Of a DNA stretch of 64,000 nt, positions 55,770 to 64,000 are shown piece by piece; position 1 is the stretch's first letter, and every line of letters begins with the position of its first letter. This DNA comes from Candidatus Undinarchaeota archaeon (lineage in GTDB: Archaea > SpSt-1190 > JASMDC01), in the NCBI GenBank assembly GCA_964519305.1, contig CAZFHY010000001.1, positions 410,132 through 474,131 on the forward strand. The letters are read 5' to 3'. Position numbers and translations under genes: made by a program. Below the pieces are notes generated by a model, which ran no database searches, was not told where the DNA came from, and was given only the letters and a program-made list of their open reading frames with translations.

Positions 55770-56939
55770 ATGGACCCCCTCTCCCTGTGCATCATCCTGG
55801 CCGGCCTGTTCGTTGGCTGGAACATCGGCGCCAATGATGCATCGAACGCCATCGGCACCACCGTGGGCGGGGGCATCTTGACCTTCCGCCAGGCCGTCAT
55901 TATCGTCATCGTGTTCGCCATGCTGGGGTCGCTGCTGGAGGGGTACAAGGTCATGAAGACCGTCGGGAAGGGCATCGTGCCCCCTATCGCGTGCAAGGCC
56001 GACGACCAGTGCCTAAAAGTTGAGTACTACTGCGACCTCAAGGACGATACCACTGAAGGCATATGTCGGAGCAAGATCAACGGCCAGAAAATCATCTACC
56101 TGGAGAAGGACCGTCGAGCGGTCCTGGCGGCACTGATGGCTGCCGGTACATTTGTCATCTTCATCACCGCGCTGAAGCTCCCCACCTCCACAAGCCAGGC
56201 CATCGTCGGAGCCGTCGCGGGTGCCGGTATCGGCCTGAAGATGTTCGGAGGGATGACTACATCGATCAACTATCAGGTGCTCCTGAAGGTGTTCGCGAGC
56301 TGGGTGCTCACGCCCGTGGGTTCTCTCGTCATCGCCTACATCCTCTACTATCTCTTCGCCAACACCATCGCTAAGGTGGGCAACCAGGCGACGTCGGCCG
56401 AGCTCATCAAGTTACTAACCCTGCTAGCGGCCATCTTCGTCTCGTACAACATCGGTGCTAACGACGTGGCCAACGCTGTAGGCCCCATTGTCGGTGCAAA
56501 TATCCTGAGCGATGTCAATGTGGACTGGGAGTGGAGCTCACCCCAAGCAGGAGAGGTATCCCTCAAGCTGCATTTCCTACCGACACTGGTGGGTGCGTTC
56601 CTAGGGGGAATCACTATTGGGTTCGGGGCCGTGATGTTCGGGCGCGGTGTGGTCGAGACCATGGGCGGCGGCATCACCACCCTGGGTCCGCTGACGGCAC
56701 TGGCGGCGCAGTTCGCGTCAGCAATCACCGTCTACATATTCACCCAGCAGGGCATCCCCGTGTCCACCACCCAGGCCATCGTTGGCGGTGTCATCGGTGT
56801 GGGCCTCACCAAGGGCGTTTCCACGGTCAACATGCGAACCATCCGCAACATCATGCTCGGGTGGCTGGCAACCCCAACGTCCGCAGCGCTTCTCTCCTGT
56901 GGGTACTACTACCTCCTACGGTTCGTGTTCACCGGGTAG
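55770..56939 (+). CDS. PiT-family inorganic phosphate transporter with Cys-rich loop insertion
   Basis: GANDASNAIG and GANDVANAVG repeats, PTSTSQAIVG and PVSTTQAIVG. Confidence 0.93.
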   Translation: MDPLSLCIILAGLFVGWNIGANDASNAIGTTVGGGILTFRQAVIIVIVFAMLGSLLEGYKVMKTVGKGIVPPIACKADDQCLKVEYYCDLKDDTTEGICRSKINGQKIIYLEKDRRAVLAALMAAGTFVIFITALKLPTSTSQAIVGAVAGAGIGLKMFGGMTTSINYQVLLKVFASWVLTPVGSLVIAYILYYLFANTIAKVGNQATSAELIKLLTLLAAIFVSYNIGANDVANAVGPIVGANILSDVNVDWEWSSPQAGEVSLKLHFLPTLVGAFLGGITIGFGAVMFGRGVVETMGGGITTLGPLTALAAQFASAITVYIFTQQGIPVSTTQAIVGGVIGVGLTKGVSTVNMRTIRNIMLGWLATPTSAALLSCGYYYLLRFVFTG

Positions 56940-57023
56940 CGCGCGGCCTCCCCAAGGATAGGCTTTTAATTATACGTCCAGCCCGGCTACTTCAAGGGAA
57001 CTGATTCCCGTAAGGTGACAATC

Positions 57024-57716
57024 ATGGCGTTCAAGATGATCTACGATGCGCTGATGCGCGGCAGTGCGCTGGAGGACGCGTTCAATGAGATGGACAAGAT
57101 GAACGAGCAGAGCAAGTCCATGTTCCGAGACTCGTTCAACTGCCTCCTTGAGGACAAGTGCAACATCGCCGAACGCATCTGTGGCGAGGACAAGCTCATC
57201 AACCGTCTGGAGGTCGAGGTGCGTATCAAGGTGCTCACCTATCTGGCTTTCAACACCTCCCCCGACCTCGCCGGTGCACTCTACCTCAACGCCATCGTCA
57301 TCGACTATGAACGCATCGGTGACTACTGCAAGAACATAGCCCAGCTCAAGCTACTCTATCCGACGATCCTGGACGACGATCAGTACCGCAAGGACGTCAT
57401 CGCCATATTCGGTCGCATCATCAAGATGTTCGACCTCACGCGCGAGGCGGTGCAGGAGGACGATAAGGAAAAGGCCAAGACGGTGATGGGAATGCACGAG
57501 GAGGGCACGAAGCGCAAGCACGCCGACCTCGCCCGCAAGCTCACCGAGGACAAGGACATCGATCCGAACAAGGCTATCGTTTACGCCCTTCTAACCAACA
57601 ACCTCCGCCGGATCTCGGCGCACCTGCGTAACGTGGCTTCTGGTGTCGTGCAGCCCGTGTCACAGATCGGTTTCAATCCGGAGAAAGACAACCTCGGTAC
57701 AGAAGACGAGGAGTAA
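57024..57716 (+). CDS. PhoU domain protein
   Basis: EDKLINRLE, DYERIGDYCKNI and RRISAH motifs. AGGTGA RBS. Confidence 0.85.
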   Translation: MAFKMIYDALMRGSALEDAFNEMDKMNEQSKSMFRDSFNCLLEDKCNIAERICGEDKLINRLEVEVRIKVLTYLAFNTSPDLAGALYLNAIVIDYERIGDYCKNIAQLKLLYPTILDDDQYRKDVIAIFGRIIKMFDLTREAVQEDDKEKAKTVMGMHEEGTKRKHADLARKLTEDKDIDPNKAIVYALLTNNLRRISAHLRNVASGVVQPVSQIGFNPEKDNLGTEDEE

Positions 57717-57748
57717 GAAAATGAGCCCGATCCCAAAACGGTGAGACC

Positions 57749-58858
57749 ATGAAAGAAGAGCATCCCCAGGTGATAAAGGACATCTTCCAAGTCATCACTC
57801 TGCTGCTCGCCATGTACCTCTTCATCCTGAGCATCAAGATGATGGGGACGTCGTTCAAGAACATCAACATCGGTCTCGTCGATGACCTGCTCATCACGGC
57901 CCAGAACCCCTTCATGGCGTTGTTCATCGGCATCTTCGCGACCTCGCTTATCCAGAGCTCGTCAACCATCACATCCATGCTCGTGGGGCTAGTGTCCAGC
58001 GGTGCAATGACGGTGAGCACGGCCGTCCCCATCGTCATGGGGGCCAACATCGGTACTTCCGTCACCAACACGATCGTCTCCTTCGCCCACGTAACGCGGA
58101 AAGAGGAGTTCAAGAAGGCCTTTGCCGGAGCGACCGTGCACGACTTCTTCAACTTCATGGCCGTAGGATTGTTGTTCCCCCTGGAGCTGGCCACCGGATT
58201 CTCGGAACATGCAGCCCATGCTGTGGCCGTCCGGATGGTGGACTCACGGGCCGCTGCCCTGGCGAATCCCATCAGTGCGATCACAAAGCCCGTGATCAAG
58301 CACATCCACGAGTACCTCTCCTACGAGTGGATGCTGCTCCTCTCGCTGGTTGTCCTGTTCATCGCCCTCAAGCTCATCGTGTCTATGATCAAGGAGCTCA
58401 TCCTCAACCGGTTCACCTCGTTCATCAACGAGTTCCTGTTCAAGAACGATGCGACGAGCTTCTCTTTAGGGCTAGTGCTTACAGGCGTCGTCCAGAGCAG
58501 TTCGGTGACGACCTCGCTGGTGGTGCCGCTAATCGGCGCTGGCGTGGTCACGATCTATCAGGTCTTCCCCTACATGCTGGGGGCCAACATCGGCACCTGC
58601 TTTACTGCGGTGATATCATCACTGGTCGCAGAAGAACACAAGCTGGCCGCCATGACGATCGCGTTCGAGCATTTGTTCTTCAACAGTGCCGGCGTGCTCC
58701 TGCTCTACCCCATCAAGCGGATCAGGCACATCCCCATCACCATCTCCACCAGGCTGGCCGAGGTCGCCACCCGGTCCAAGAAGGTAGCGATCCTCTACGT
58801 TCTGGGCATGTTCTACGGACTGCCCATACTGCTGATACTGCTATCGAAGCTGTTCTGA
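57749..58858 (+). CDS. Na+/Pi cotransporter (NptA/SLC34 family)
   Basis: Two QSSS motifs and two GANIGT motifs. Confidence 0.93.
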   Translation: MKEEHPQVIKDIFQVITLLLAMYLFILSIKMMGTSFKNINIGLVDDLLITAQNPFMALFIGIFATSLIQSSSTITSMLVGLVSSGAMTVSTAVPIVMGANIGTSVTNTIVSFAHVTRKEEFKKAFAGATVHDFFNFMAVGLLFPLELATGFSEHAAHAVAVRMVDSRAAALANPISAITKPVIKHIHEYLSYEWMLLLSLVVLFIALKLIVSMIKELILNRFTSFINEFLFKNDATSFSLGLVLTGVVQSSSVTTSLVVPLIGAGVVTIYQVFPYMLGANIGTCFTAVISSLVAEEHKLAAMTIAFEHLFFNSAGVLLLYPIKRIRHIPITISTRLAEVATRSKKVAILYVLGMFYGLPILLILLSKLF

Positions 58859-58870
58859 ATACGGTAGTGC

Positions 58871-59863
58871 TCAGAGCGTTATGGCCCGTGATGACGCGGG
58901 CTCCATGGAGCCGATGCCCGCGTCCTGGGCCTTCACGATATGACCCACCCCTGTGGGATCCACATCGAGCTCGCGAGAGCCTGCTGCATCCACGGCCACA
59001 ACGTCATAGCCCGCGATGACAAGGTCGCGCTGCTCCATGATACCGTTCATGGGACCCCCGGTCACCATGGCCTCTGTGCCGTCCACGAACACGACGTCCG
59101 GCGGGACGACCCGCATGAGGTCCGCGATGCTAGACTGGATGTCCATGTGGAACGACTTCATCTCGGCCCGGTGTATGGTGCCCATCATGTTCTTCATACC
59201 AAGGGTGATGATGGACTGGCCATGGAGCTTGAGCTTGGGGACGGAAACCAGGAGGTCGGCGTCCATTATCTCCTTGGCGACGTTCACCGAGCTGAGCCGT
59301 AAGCTGTTCGGGACGTCCACCGAAATGCGCTCAGAGTCCTCAAGCGCCTTGAAGGGGACACCAACGTCGCCACATACTGTCAGGAGCCCGGTGTGATCCG
59401 CGGCCTGTCGGGTGGAACCCCCGGAAGAGGAATCAGCGACCAGTACCTCGGCACCTCGGTCGATGAACTCCTTGGCGAGCGCTCCTACGAACTCAGGGAC
59501 ATTACAGGCCTTCTTGGAGGCCTGGAGCAGGTTGACCTTGAGTACTACCTTCGTGCCCTTGGTGACACGGGAATCTAGGCCGATGTTCTCGAAAGCGGTC
59601 CGTACCCTTTCGGCCAACGAACCTCCGCGGACGGAGCAGAGCTGGACAAGGTCCTTCGGGGAAGCGGCCGGAGCGGCAGAGGGTGTTGATGGAGCGGAAG
59701 GCGGAGGAGTGATCCGCGTACGTGGTGTGCCGGGGGTGGACGGGATGACCAGACTCTTGACCGGGAGGAAGCGGTACGCGGCAAACACTGCCACTCCGAG
59801 GCCCAATCCCCATCTTATGAACCTGCGTCTCCCGATATGCCCTCCAAGGGATTGTTCCTCCAT
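58871..59863 (-). CDS. DUF362 domain protein with Tat-like signal
   Basis: GRRRFIRW + hydrophobic stretch, VVLKVNL, PKLKLH, TLGMKNMMG, TGGP and D.VAVDA motifs. Confidence 0.85.
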   Translation of the reverse strand: MEEQSLGGHIGRRRFIRWGLGLGVAVFAAYRFLPVKSLVIPSTPGTPRTRITPPPSAPSTPSAAPAASPKDLVQLCSVRGGSLAERVRTAFENIGLDSRVTKGTKVVLKVNLLQASKKACNVPEFVGALAKEFIDRGAEVLVADSSSGGSTRQAADHTGLLTVCGDVGVPFKALEDSERISVDVPNSLRLSSVNVAKEIMDADLLVSVPKLKLHGQSIITLGMKNMMGTIHRAEMKSFHMDIQSSIADLMRVVPPDVVFVDGTEAMVTGGPMNGIMEQRDLVIAGYDVVAVDAAGSRELDVDPTGVGHIVKAQDAGIGSMEPASSRAITL

Positions 59864-59925
59864 AGTAACGCCGTTAATCGTAATACGGTATCTTAAGGAT
59901 TTCTCTTTTGCCTGGGCGAGCAAGG

Positions 59926-60603
59926 TCAACCATCGATGCGGTCGAGCTCGAGCACAAGGTCCGCAGCAGGGAGCAGATCCTCGCTCCCGGGATGCTTACC
60001 ATCTATGGTGAACACGAACCGCGTTGTCGATCCCCTGGCGTCCGAGACTATTTCCCGCAGAAAATCGACCGTGCGCGCAACACCGTAATGCGTTGTCATA
60101 TGTGTGATCGCATCCCCGGCAAAGATGAGGGGCTCGTCCTGTGAGAAGCCCTGATGCGCGTAGTGGATGAAGGCGATCCGGTCCTTGATATGAGAGGGAT
60201 CTCGCTCGAAGGAGGGGGCGGTCCAATCCCTCCCGAGTTCGAGCACGTATACCGACGACGGGCGCAAGCCGTACCTCGCGCATCGCTCAAGGACCTCCTC
60301 ACGGTCCTTATCACAGGATAGGTAGAATACGCGGTAACCGCAGGTGGCCAAGAGAGCGAGGAGTCTGTGATACAGCTCGGTGCGGGCATCCGGCTCCCGT
60401 CCACGGACCAGAGTGAGCATGGACGTGGCGACCTGCCGGACGGCCGATGCCGAGGGGGTGGTATCTGGCTGGAGGATGGTCCTCCAATCCTGCGTCACTG
60501 TAATGAGACGCTCGCGTTTCTTTACCGTTCTCGCTCCCAATCTGAATGACACCGTTCCCCAGTTATAAGGACATGGAACGGTAAATGGAACAACATGGGA
60601 CAA
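59926..60603 (-). CDS. RecA/KaiC-like fold protein lacking Walker A (DUF835/DUF7504-like)
   Basis: VFYLS, DAITHM and terminal ADLVLEL pattern. Downstream of the response regulator. Start uncertain. Confidence 0.5.
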   Translation of the reverse strand: MSHVVPFTVPCPYNWGTVSFRLGARTVKKRERLITVTQDWRTILQPDTTPSASAVRQVATSMLTLVRGREPDARTELYHRLLALLATCGYRVFYLSCDKDREEVLERCARYGLRPSSVYVLELGRDWTAPSFERDPSHIKDRIAFIHYAHQGFSQDEPLIFAGDAITHMTTHYGVARTVDFLREIVSDARGSTTRFVFTIDGKHPGSEDLLPAADLVLELDRIDG

Positions 60604-60624
60604 TCCATCATAGTTGTATCGGGC

Positions 60625-62193
60625 TCAACGCTCGAACAACCGTCGTCCCCGAGGCGCTAGCTCGAGCACCTTGGACCTTCCCTTCTGATGGGCGAGCACA
60701 TACTCCCCTGCAAGGAGCTGCTTGACCTTACGCCTCACCGTGGGTCTGCTCATCCCGAACTCGTGGCCGACCTCCGAGAGGGGGGGCTTGACACCCATGA
60801 GGTTCTGCCTGTGGATGAACCGCAGTATTCCCATGAGGTCCTCGGGCAGCCTCACTCCCTGTTGTGTCTCTATCCTCCCCGTCTCGTTCTCCAGTAGATT
60901 GCGCTGGTCGGACGTCACCGCTGCCGGGTCCAGCGCAAGGACCACCACGTGGCCTTGGACATACGCGACCTCGCGGAGGTGCTGGACGAAGGAGAGGGTC
61001 GCCTTGAAACCGTTCTTGAACAGAAGATAGTCGAGCCTTTCGATCAGCACGGCAGTCCGTCGCGATAGCCCCTTGATACGGGCCGCGACCATCCCGAACT
61101 CGGGAGGGAGGGCGTCCGAACCCTCCTGCTCCGCGAGCCATTCGAGATCGTACTCACCCTCGGTATCCTGCCGGAACTCCTCTCCGGGCGTACGGGTGAT
61201 GGCGAGCGCACGGTAACCGGCGCGGATCAGGTCCCTGAACGCCTCGAGGGCGAGCCCTGGACCGTGCTCCTCCACGAGATAAAGAGTACCTTCCTTGAGA
61301 CGGAACCGCATCAGACGTCGGCGCATCTCCTCCTCGGCAAGCTTGCGCTCGGTTATGTCCCGTGCGATCATGAACTCCACGAACTCGCCGCTCTCGTCCT
61401 TGACCAGGCTTGTACCTATCTCGATGGTCCTACGAGAGTCGTCGCTGGTAACCACATCCACGTCGTACGGTGAGATGTCCACTCCCCGCAGTCGCTGGGT
61501 GCGGTTCTCTGTGAGTATGGGGACATGCTCTGGGACCACATAGTTAATGAGCGCCTGGCCTAGAAGCTCCTCTTTCCCGTGACCTAGAAGCCTTTCAGCT
61601 GCCCGGTTCACCCTGACGAGCTTCCCCTCGCGGTCCAGTACGCAGATGATGTCCGAGGCATTCTCTATAAGGCATTCGCTGAACTCCTTCTCGAGGAACA
61701 GTTCCATAGTACGCTGCATCACTTTACGGTCTAGAGTCCGGTTCAGCTCCTCCAACTCCTCGCGAAGTATCTTGTGGTGTATGTGAGCGCGGATGCGAGC
61801 GAACAGCTCCTCCTTCCTGAAGGGCTTCTCTATGTAGTCGTCCGCACCAAGCCCAAGGGCATTGACCTTGTCTTTTGTCTCCGTGTTGACGCTGAGGATG
61901 ACCACAGGTAGTGTCGCGGTCCGCTCGTCAGCCCGGACGGTCCTGAGGACATCGCCACCGGACAGACCTGGCATGCGCAGGTCCAGGAGCACGAGGTCGA
62001 CCTCACCATGCTTGTCTAGCGTAGCAAGAGCGTCCTCCCCGGAGTTGGCAGGGAGCACCGTGTACCCGCGCTTGGTGAGTAGCAGGGTAATGTAATCCAC
62101 TGTGTCAGGCTCGTCGTCCACCACAAGGACGGTCCGTCCATCACCCTCGCTTTTTGTACTATCCTTGGCCATGATCAAATCCCCCTGTCTCAT
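60625..62193 (-). CDS. Response regulator REC-PAS-DUF835-like-wHTH
   Basis: VLVVDDE, LLDLRMP, KPF; PAS (VNRAAERLLG...ARDITERK); IERLDYLLFKNGF; C-terminal HTH SRPTVRRKVKQL. Confidence 0.85.
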   Translation of the reverse strand: MRQGDLIMAKDSTKSEGDGRTVLVVDDEPDTVDYITLLLTKRGYTVLPANSGEDALATLDKHGEVDLVLLDLRMPGLSGGDVLRTVRADERTATLPVVILSVNTETKDKVNALGLGADDYIEKPFRKEELFARIRAHIHHKILREELEELNRTLDRKVMQRTMELFLEKEFSECLIENASDIICVLDREGKLVRVNRAAERLLGHGKEELLGQALINYVVPEHVPILTENRTQRLRGVDISPYDVDVVTSDDSRRTIEIGTSLVKDESGEFVEFMIARDITERKLAEEEMRRRLMRFRLKEGTLYLVEEHGPGLALEAFRDLIRAGYRALAITRTPGEEFRQDTEGEYDLEWLAEQEGSDALPPEFGMVAARIKGLSRRTAVLIERLDYLLFKNGFKATLSFVQHLREVAYVQGHVVVLALDPAAVTSDQRNLLENETGRIETQQGVRLPEDLMGILRFIHRQNLMGVKPPLSEVGHEFGMSRPTVRRKVKQLLAGEYVLAHQKGRSKVLELAPRGRRLFER

Positions 62194-64000
62194 AGGTTCG
62201 AACGTACCTTTTTCAGCAGCTCCTTCCGCTTGAACGTCTTCGAGATGAAACCGTCGGCTCCGGCGTTCTCAGCATGCTCCCAGACATCCTTCCGGTCCGC
62301 CGAGGATAGAATGATGACGGGGATGTTCTTGGTCGCATCGCTCTCCTTCAGCACACGACATACTTCGTACCCGTCGAGCCCGGGCATGAGGATGTCCAGG
62401 AGAATCAGGTCAGGGCGGTGCCTGCTCGCTGCGGACACTCCCTCCTTACCACTGGTCGCCTTGACCACCTCGAAGTCCTTGCGAAGGACCAGTCCGATCT
62501 GGTCGCAATAATCCTCATCATCATCGATAACGAGCACCAGAGGCTTGCCCTTCCTATTACGTCTACCGCTCCCGGTCGCCGCTACCGTTGGGGAACTGAC
62601 GGACCCGGATGGGAGGTAGACGTGGAACGTGCTCCCAGCACCCTCCTCGCTCTCCACCCTGACGTTCCCGCCATGCTCCTCCACGACACCCTTCACGATC
62701 GGGAGCCCGAGACCGGTACCACCCGTCCTGAAATCGGTGCTCCTTGACCTATGATGCCCGGAAGCATGCTGGCCGCGGTAGAACCGCTCCCAGATATGCG
62801 GGAGGTCCTCTGAGGGGATGCCGATACCATCGTCCTCCACTTTCAGATGGACCCCGCCCGTATCGCCGCGTTCGGTACGGACGATGATCTTACCCTTATC
62901 CGGCGTGTACTTGATAGCGTTGCTCAGGAGGTTCGTTATGATCTGCGCCAGCCGGTCTGGATCCCCATCGACCTCAGGGATCCCGTCCTCCAGCTCGAGC
63001 GTCATCTTGTGGCCATGTCGGTCCGCCAGGGGCCGTATCTCCTCGAGGGTGTCCCGGACAAGACGGTTGAGGTTGACGGACACCATGTCCAGATGCAGGG
63101 CACCTGCCTCGATGCGTGAAATGTCCAGCAGGTCATTTATGATGGTGAGCAGGCGTTCCGTGTTACGCGACGCCACTGCGAGCATGCTCTCCTGCTCTTC
63201 GGTGACGGATCCGCCCTCGCCCTCCCTGACCAGTTCGATGTAACCACGGATAGAGATAATGGGCGTCCGCAGCTCGTGGGAGGCTACGGACACGAACTGC
63301 GACTTGAGCCGGTCCAGTTCCTTGAGCTCTAGGTTGGCCGTGCGCAGGTTGTCCAACGTCTTGCGCAGCTCCCCGGACATCCGGTTGAAAGCTCTTCCGA
63401 GCTGGCCTATCTCGTCGTCCCGCTGCACATCCAGCTCAATGTCGAGATCGCCGTCAGAGATGCGCTCGGCACCGTCGGTGAGCTTCATGAGGGGCTCGGT
63501 GAGGGTTATCGACATCCCGGCGCCTACAGTGGCCACGATCAGGGCCGAGGCGATGGCTACGAACACAAGGAGCACGGTCGTGACCCGGGCACGCTGGTCG
63601 ATCGTTTCGATGGTGAGCTCGACCGTCTCACGGATCCGCTCGCTCTGTGTCCGTGTGGCATTGTCGATCATCCACCGGGTCCGTTCCGCTGCCGCATGGA
63701 ACGATGCGCTGTCCGAGATCATGGTAAGGGTGCCGAACCCCTGGGGAGCCGTGTAGGGCCCAGAGAAGTACGGGATGGTGGCGTAGGTGGTCACAAGGTC
63801 CTCTCCTATCCACATGAACGTGAAGGATACAAGTCCACCATCGGCCGTCTCAGGTCGCCACTGTGGGCATGAGGGGAGGTGGGTGCCCAGGATCTCACAG
63901 TTCGTCGGATAGCTCAGGAGACCTTCGATTGTTGTATCGATATATTCTCGGCTCCCGATTCTCCCCTTTATATATCCCCAGATGCGGTCGTGACGGGGAT
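62190..64000 (-). CDS. Hybrid membrane sensor histidine kinase (sensor-TM-HAMP-HisKA-HATPase-REC), 5' partial
   Basis: DEIGQLGRAFNRM, SHELRTP, NLLSNAIKY, DDGIG, GTGLGL and LLDILMP motifs. The frame stays open without a stop from 63815 to the window end. Confidence 0.92.
   Translation of the reverse strand, partial: PRHDRIWGYIKGRIGSREYIDTTIEGLLSYPTNCEILGTHLPSCPQWRPETADGGLVSFTFMWIGEDLVTTYATIPYFSGPYTAPQGFGTLTMISDSASFHAAAERTRWMIDNATRTQSERIRETVELTIETIDQRARVTTVLLVFVAIASALIVATVGAGMSITLTEPLMKLTDGAERISDGDLDIELDVQRDDEIGQLGRAFNRMSGELRKTLDNLRTANLELKELDRLKSQFVSVASHELRTPIISIRGYIELVREGEGGSVTEEQESMLAVASRNTERLLTIINDLLDISRIEAGALHLDMVSVNLNRLVRDTLEEIRPLADRHGHKMTLELEDGIPEVDGDPDRLAQIITNLLSNAIKYTPDKGKIIVRTERGDTGGVHLKVEDDGIGIPSEDLPHIWERFYRGQHASGHHRSRSTDFRTGGTGLGLPIVKGVVEEHGGNVRVESEEGAGSTFHVYLPSGSVSSPTVAATGSGRRNRKGKPLVLVIDDDEDYCDQIGLVLRKDFEVVKATSGKEGVSAASRHRPDLILLDILMPGLDGYEVCRVLKESDATKNIPVIILSSADRKDVWEHAENAGADGFISKTFKRKELLKKVRSNL

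Noticed and set aside
63967-63975. TATATAAA on the minus strand as promoter for a kinase starting at 63815
   Set aside because: The kinase frame is open through this site to the window edge, and a start at 63815 would remove the first TM and most of the sensor domain.
1-64000. CRISPR arrays, IS elements, integrases, or integration at the tRNA
   Set aside because: No regularly spaced repeats, no transposase or integrase motifs, and no duplicate of the tRNA 3' end were seen. The tRNA is followed directly by trkAH.

Overview
GC-rich, gene-dense chromosomal window from an archaeon. Evidence: O-phosphoseryl-tRNA synthetase (sepS), archaeal MBF1, TrmB, a DUF835-like domain, TATA-box promoters, GGAGG/GGTGA ribosome-binding sites and an intron-containing tRNA with a bulge-helix-bulge motif. 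The lineage cannot be fixed from this window. About 55 credible CDS and one tRNA were found, with no CRISPR array, rRNA or recognisable mobile element. Ordinary content includes small HTH-regulated membrane operons, an ABC exporter, pepT, TrkAH, two phosphate-transport modules and a two-component system. The unusual content is: (1) two tandem giant (~1,385 and ~1,460 aa) secreted paralogues with about 80 or more cysteines, carrying embedded defensin-like (CS-alpha-beta-spaced) and CX3C-hairpin modules; (2) a divergently transcribed RHH + degenerate nucleotidyltransferase gene and an inverted-repeat control region beside them; (3) a wider disulfide-rich surface proteome with a thioredoxin-DsbD-like fusion; (4) two tandem TldD-type proteases with a ~105-aa insertion and no TldE in the window; (5) a tRNA-Ile(GAU) with a non-canonical 30/31 intron; (6) a glutamate dehydrogenase homologue lacking its catalytic Lys and Asp. 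All family calls come from motif recognition by eye, not database searches. Several starts were moved from the ORF track using RBS/TATA position.
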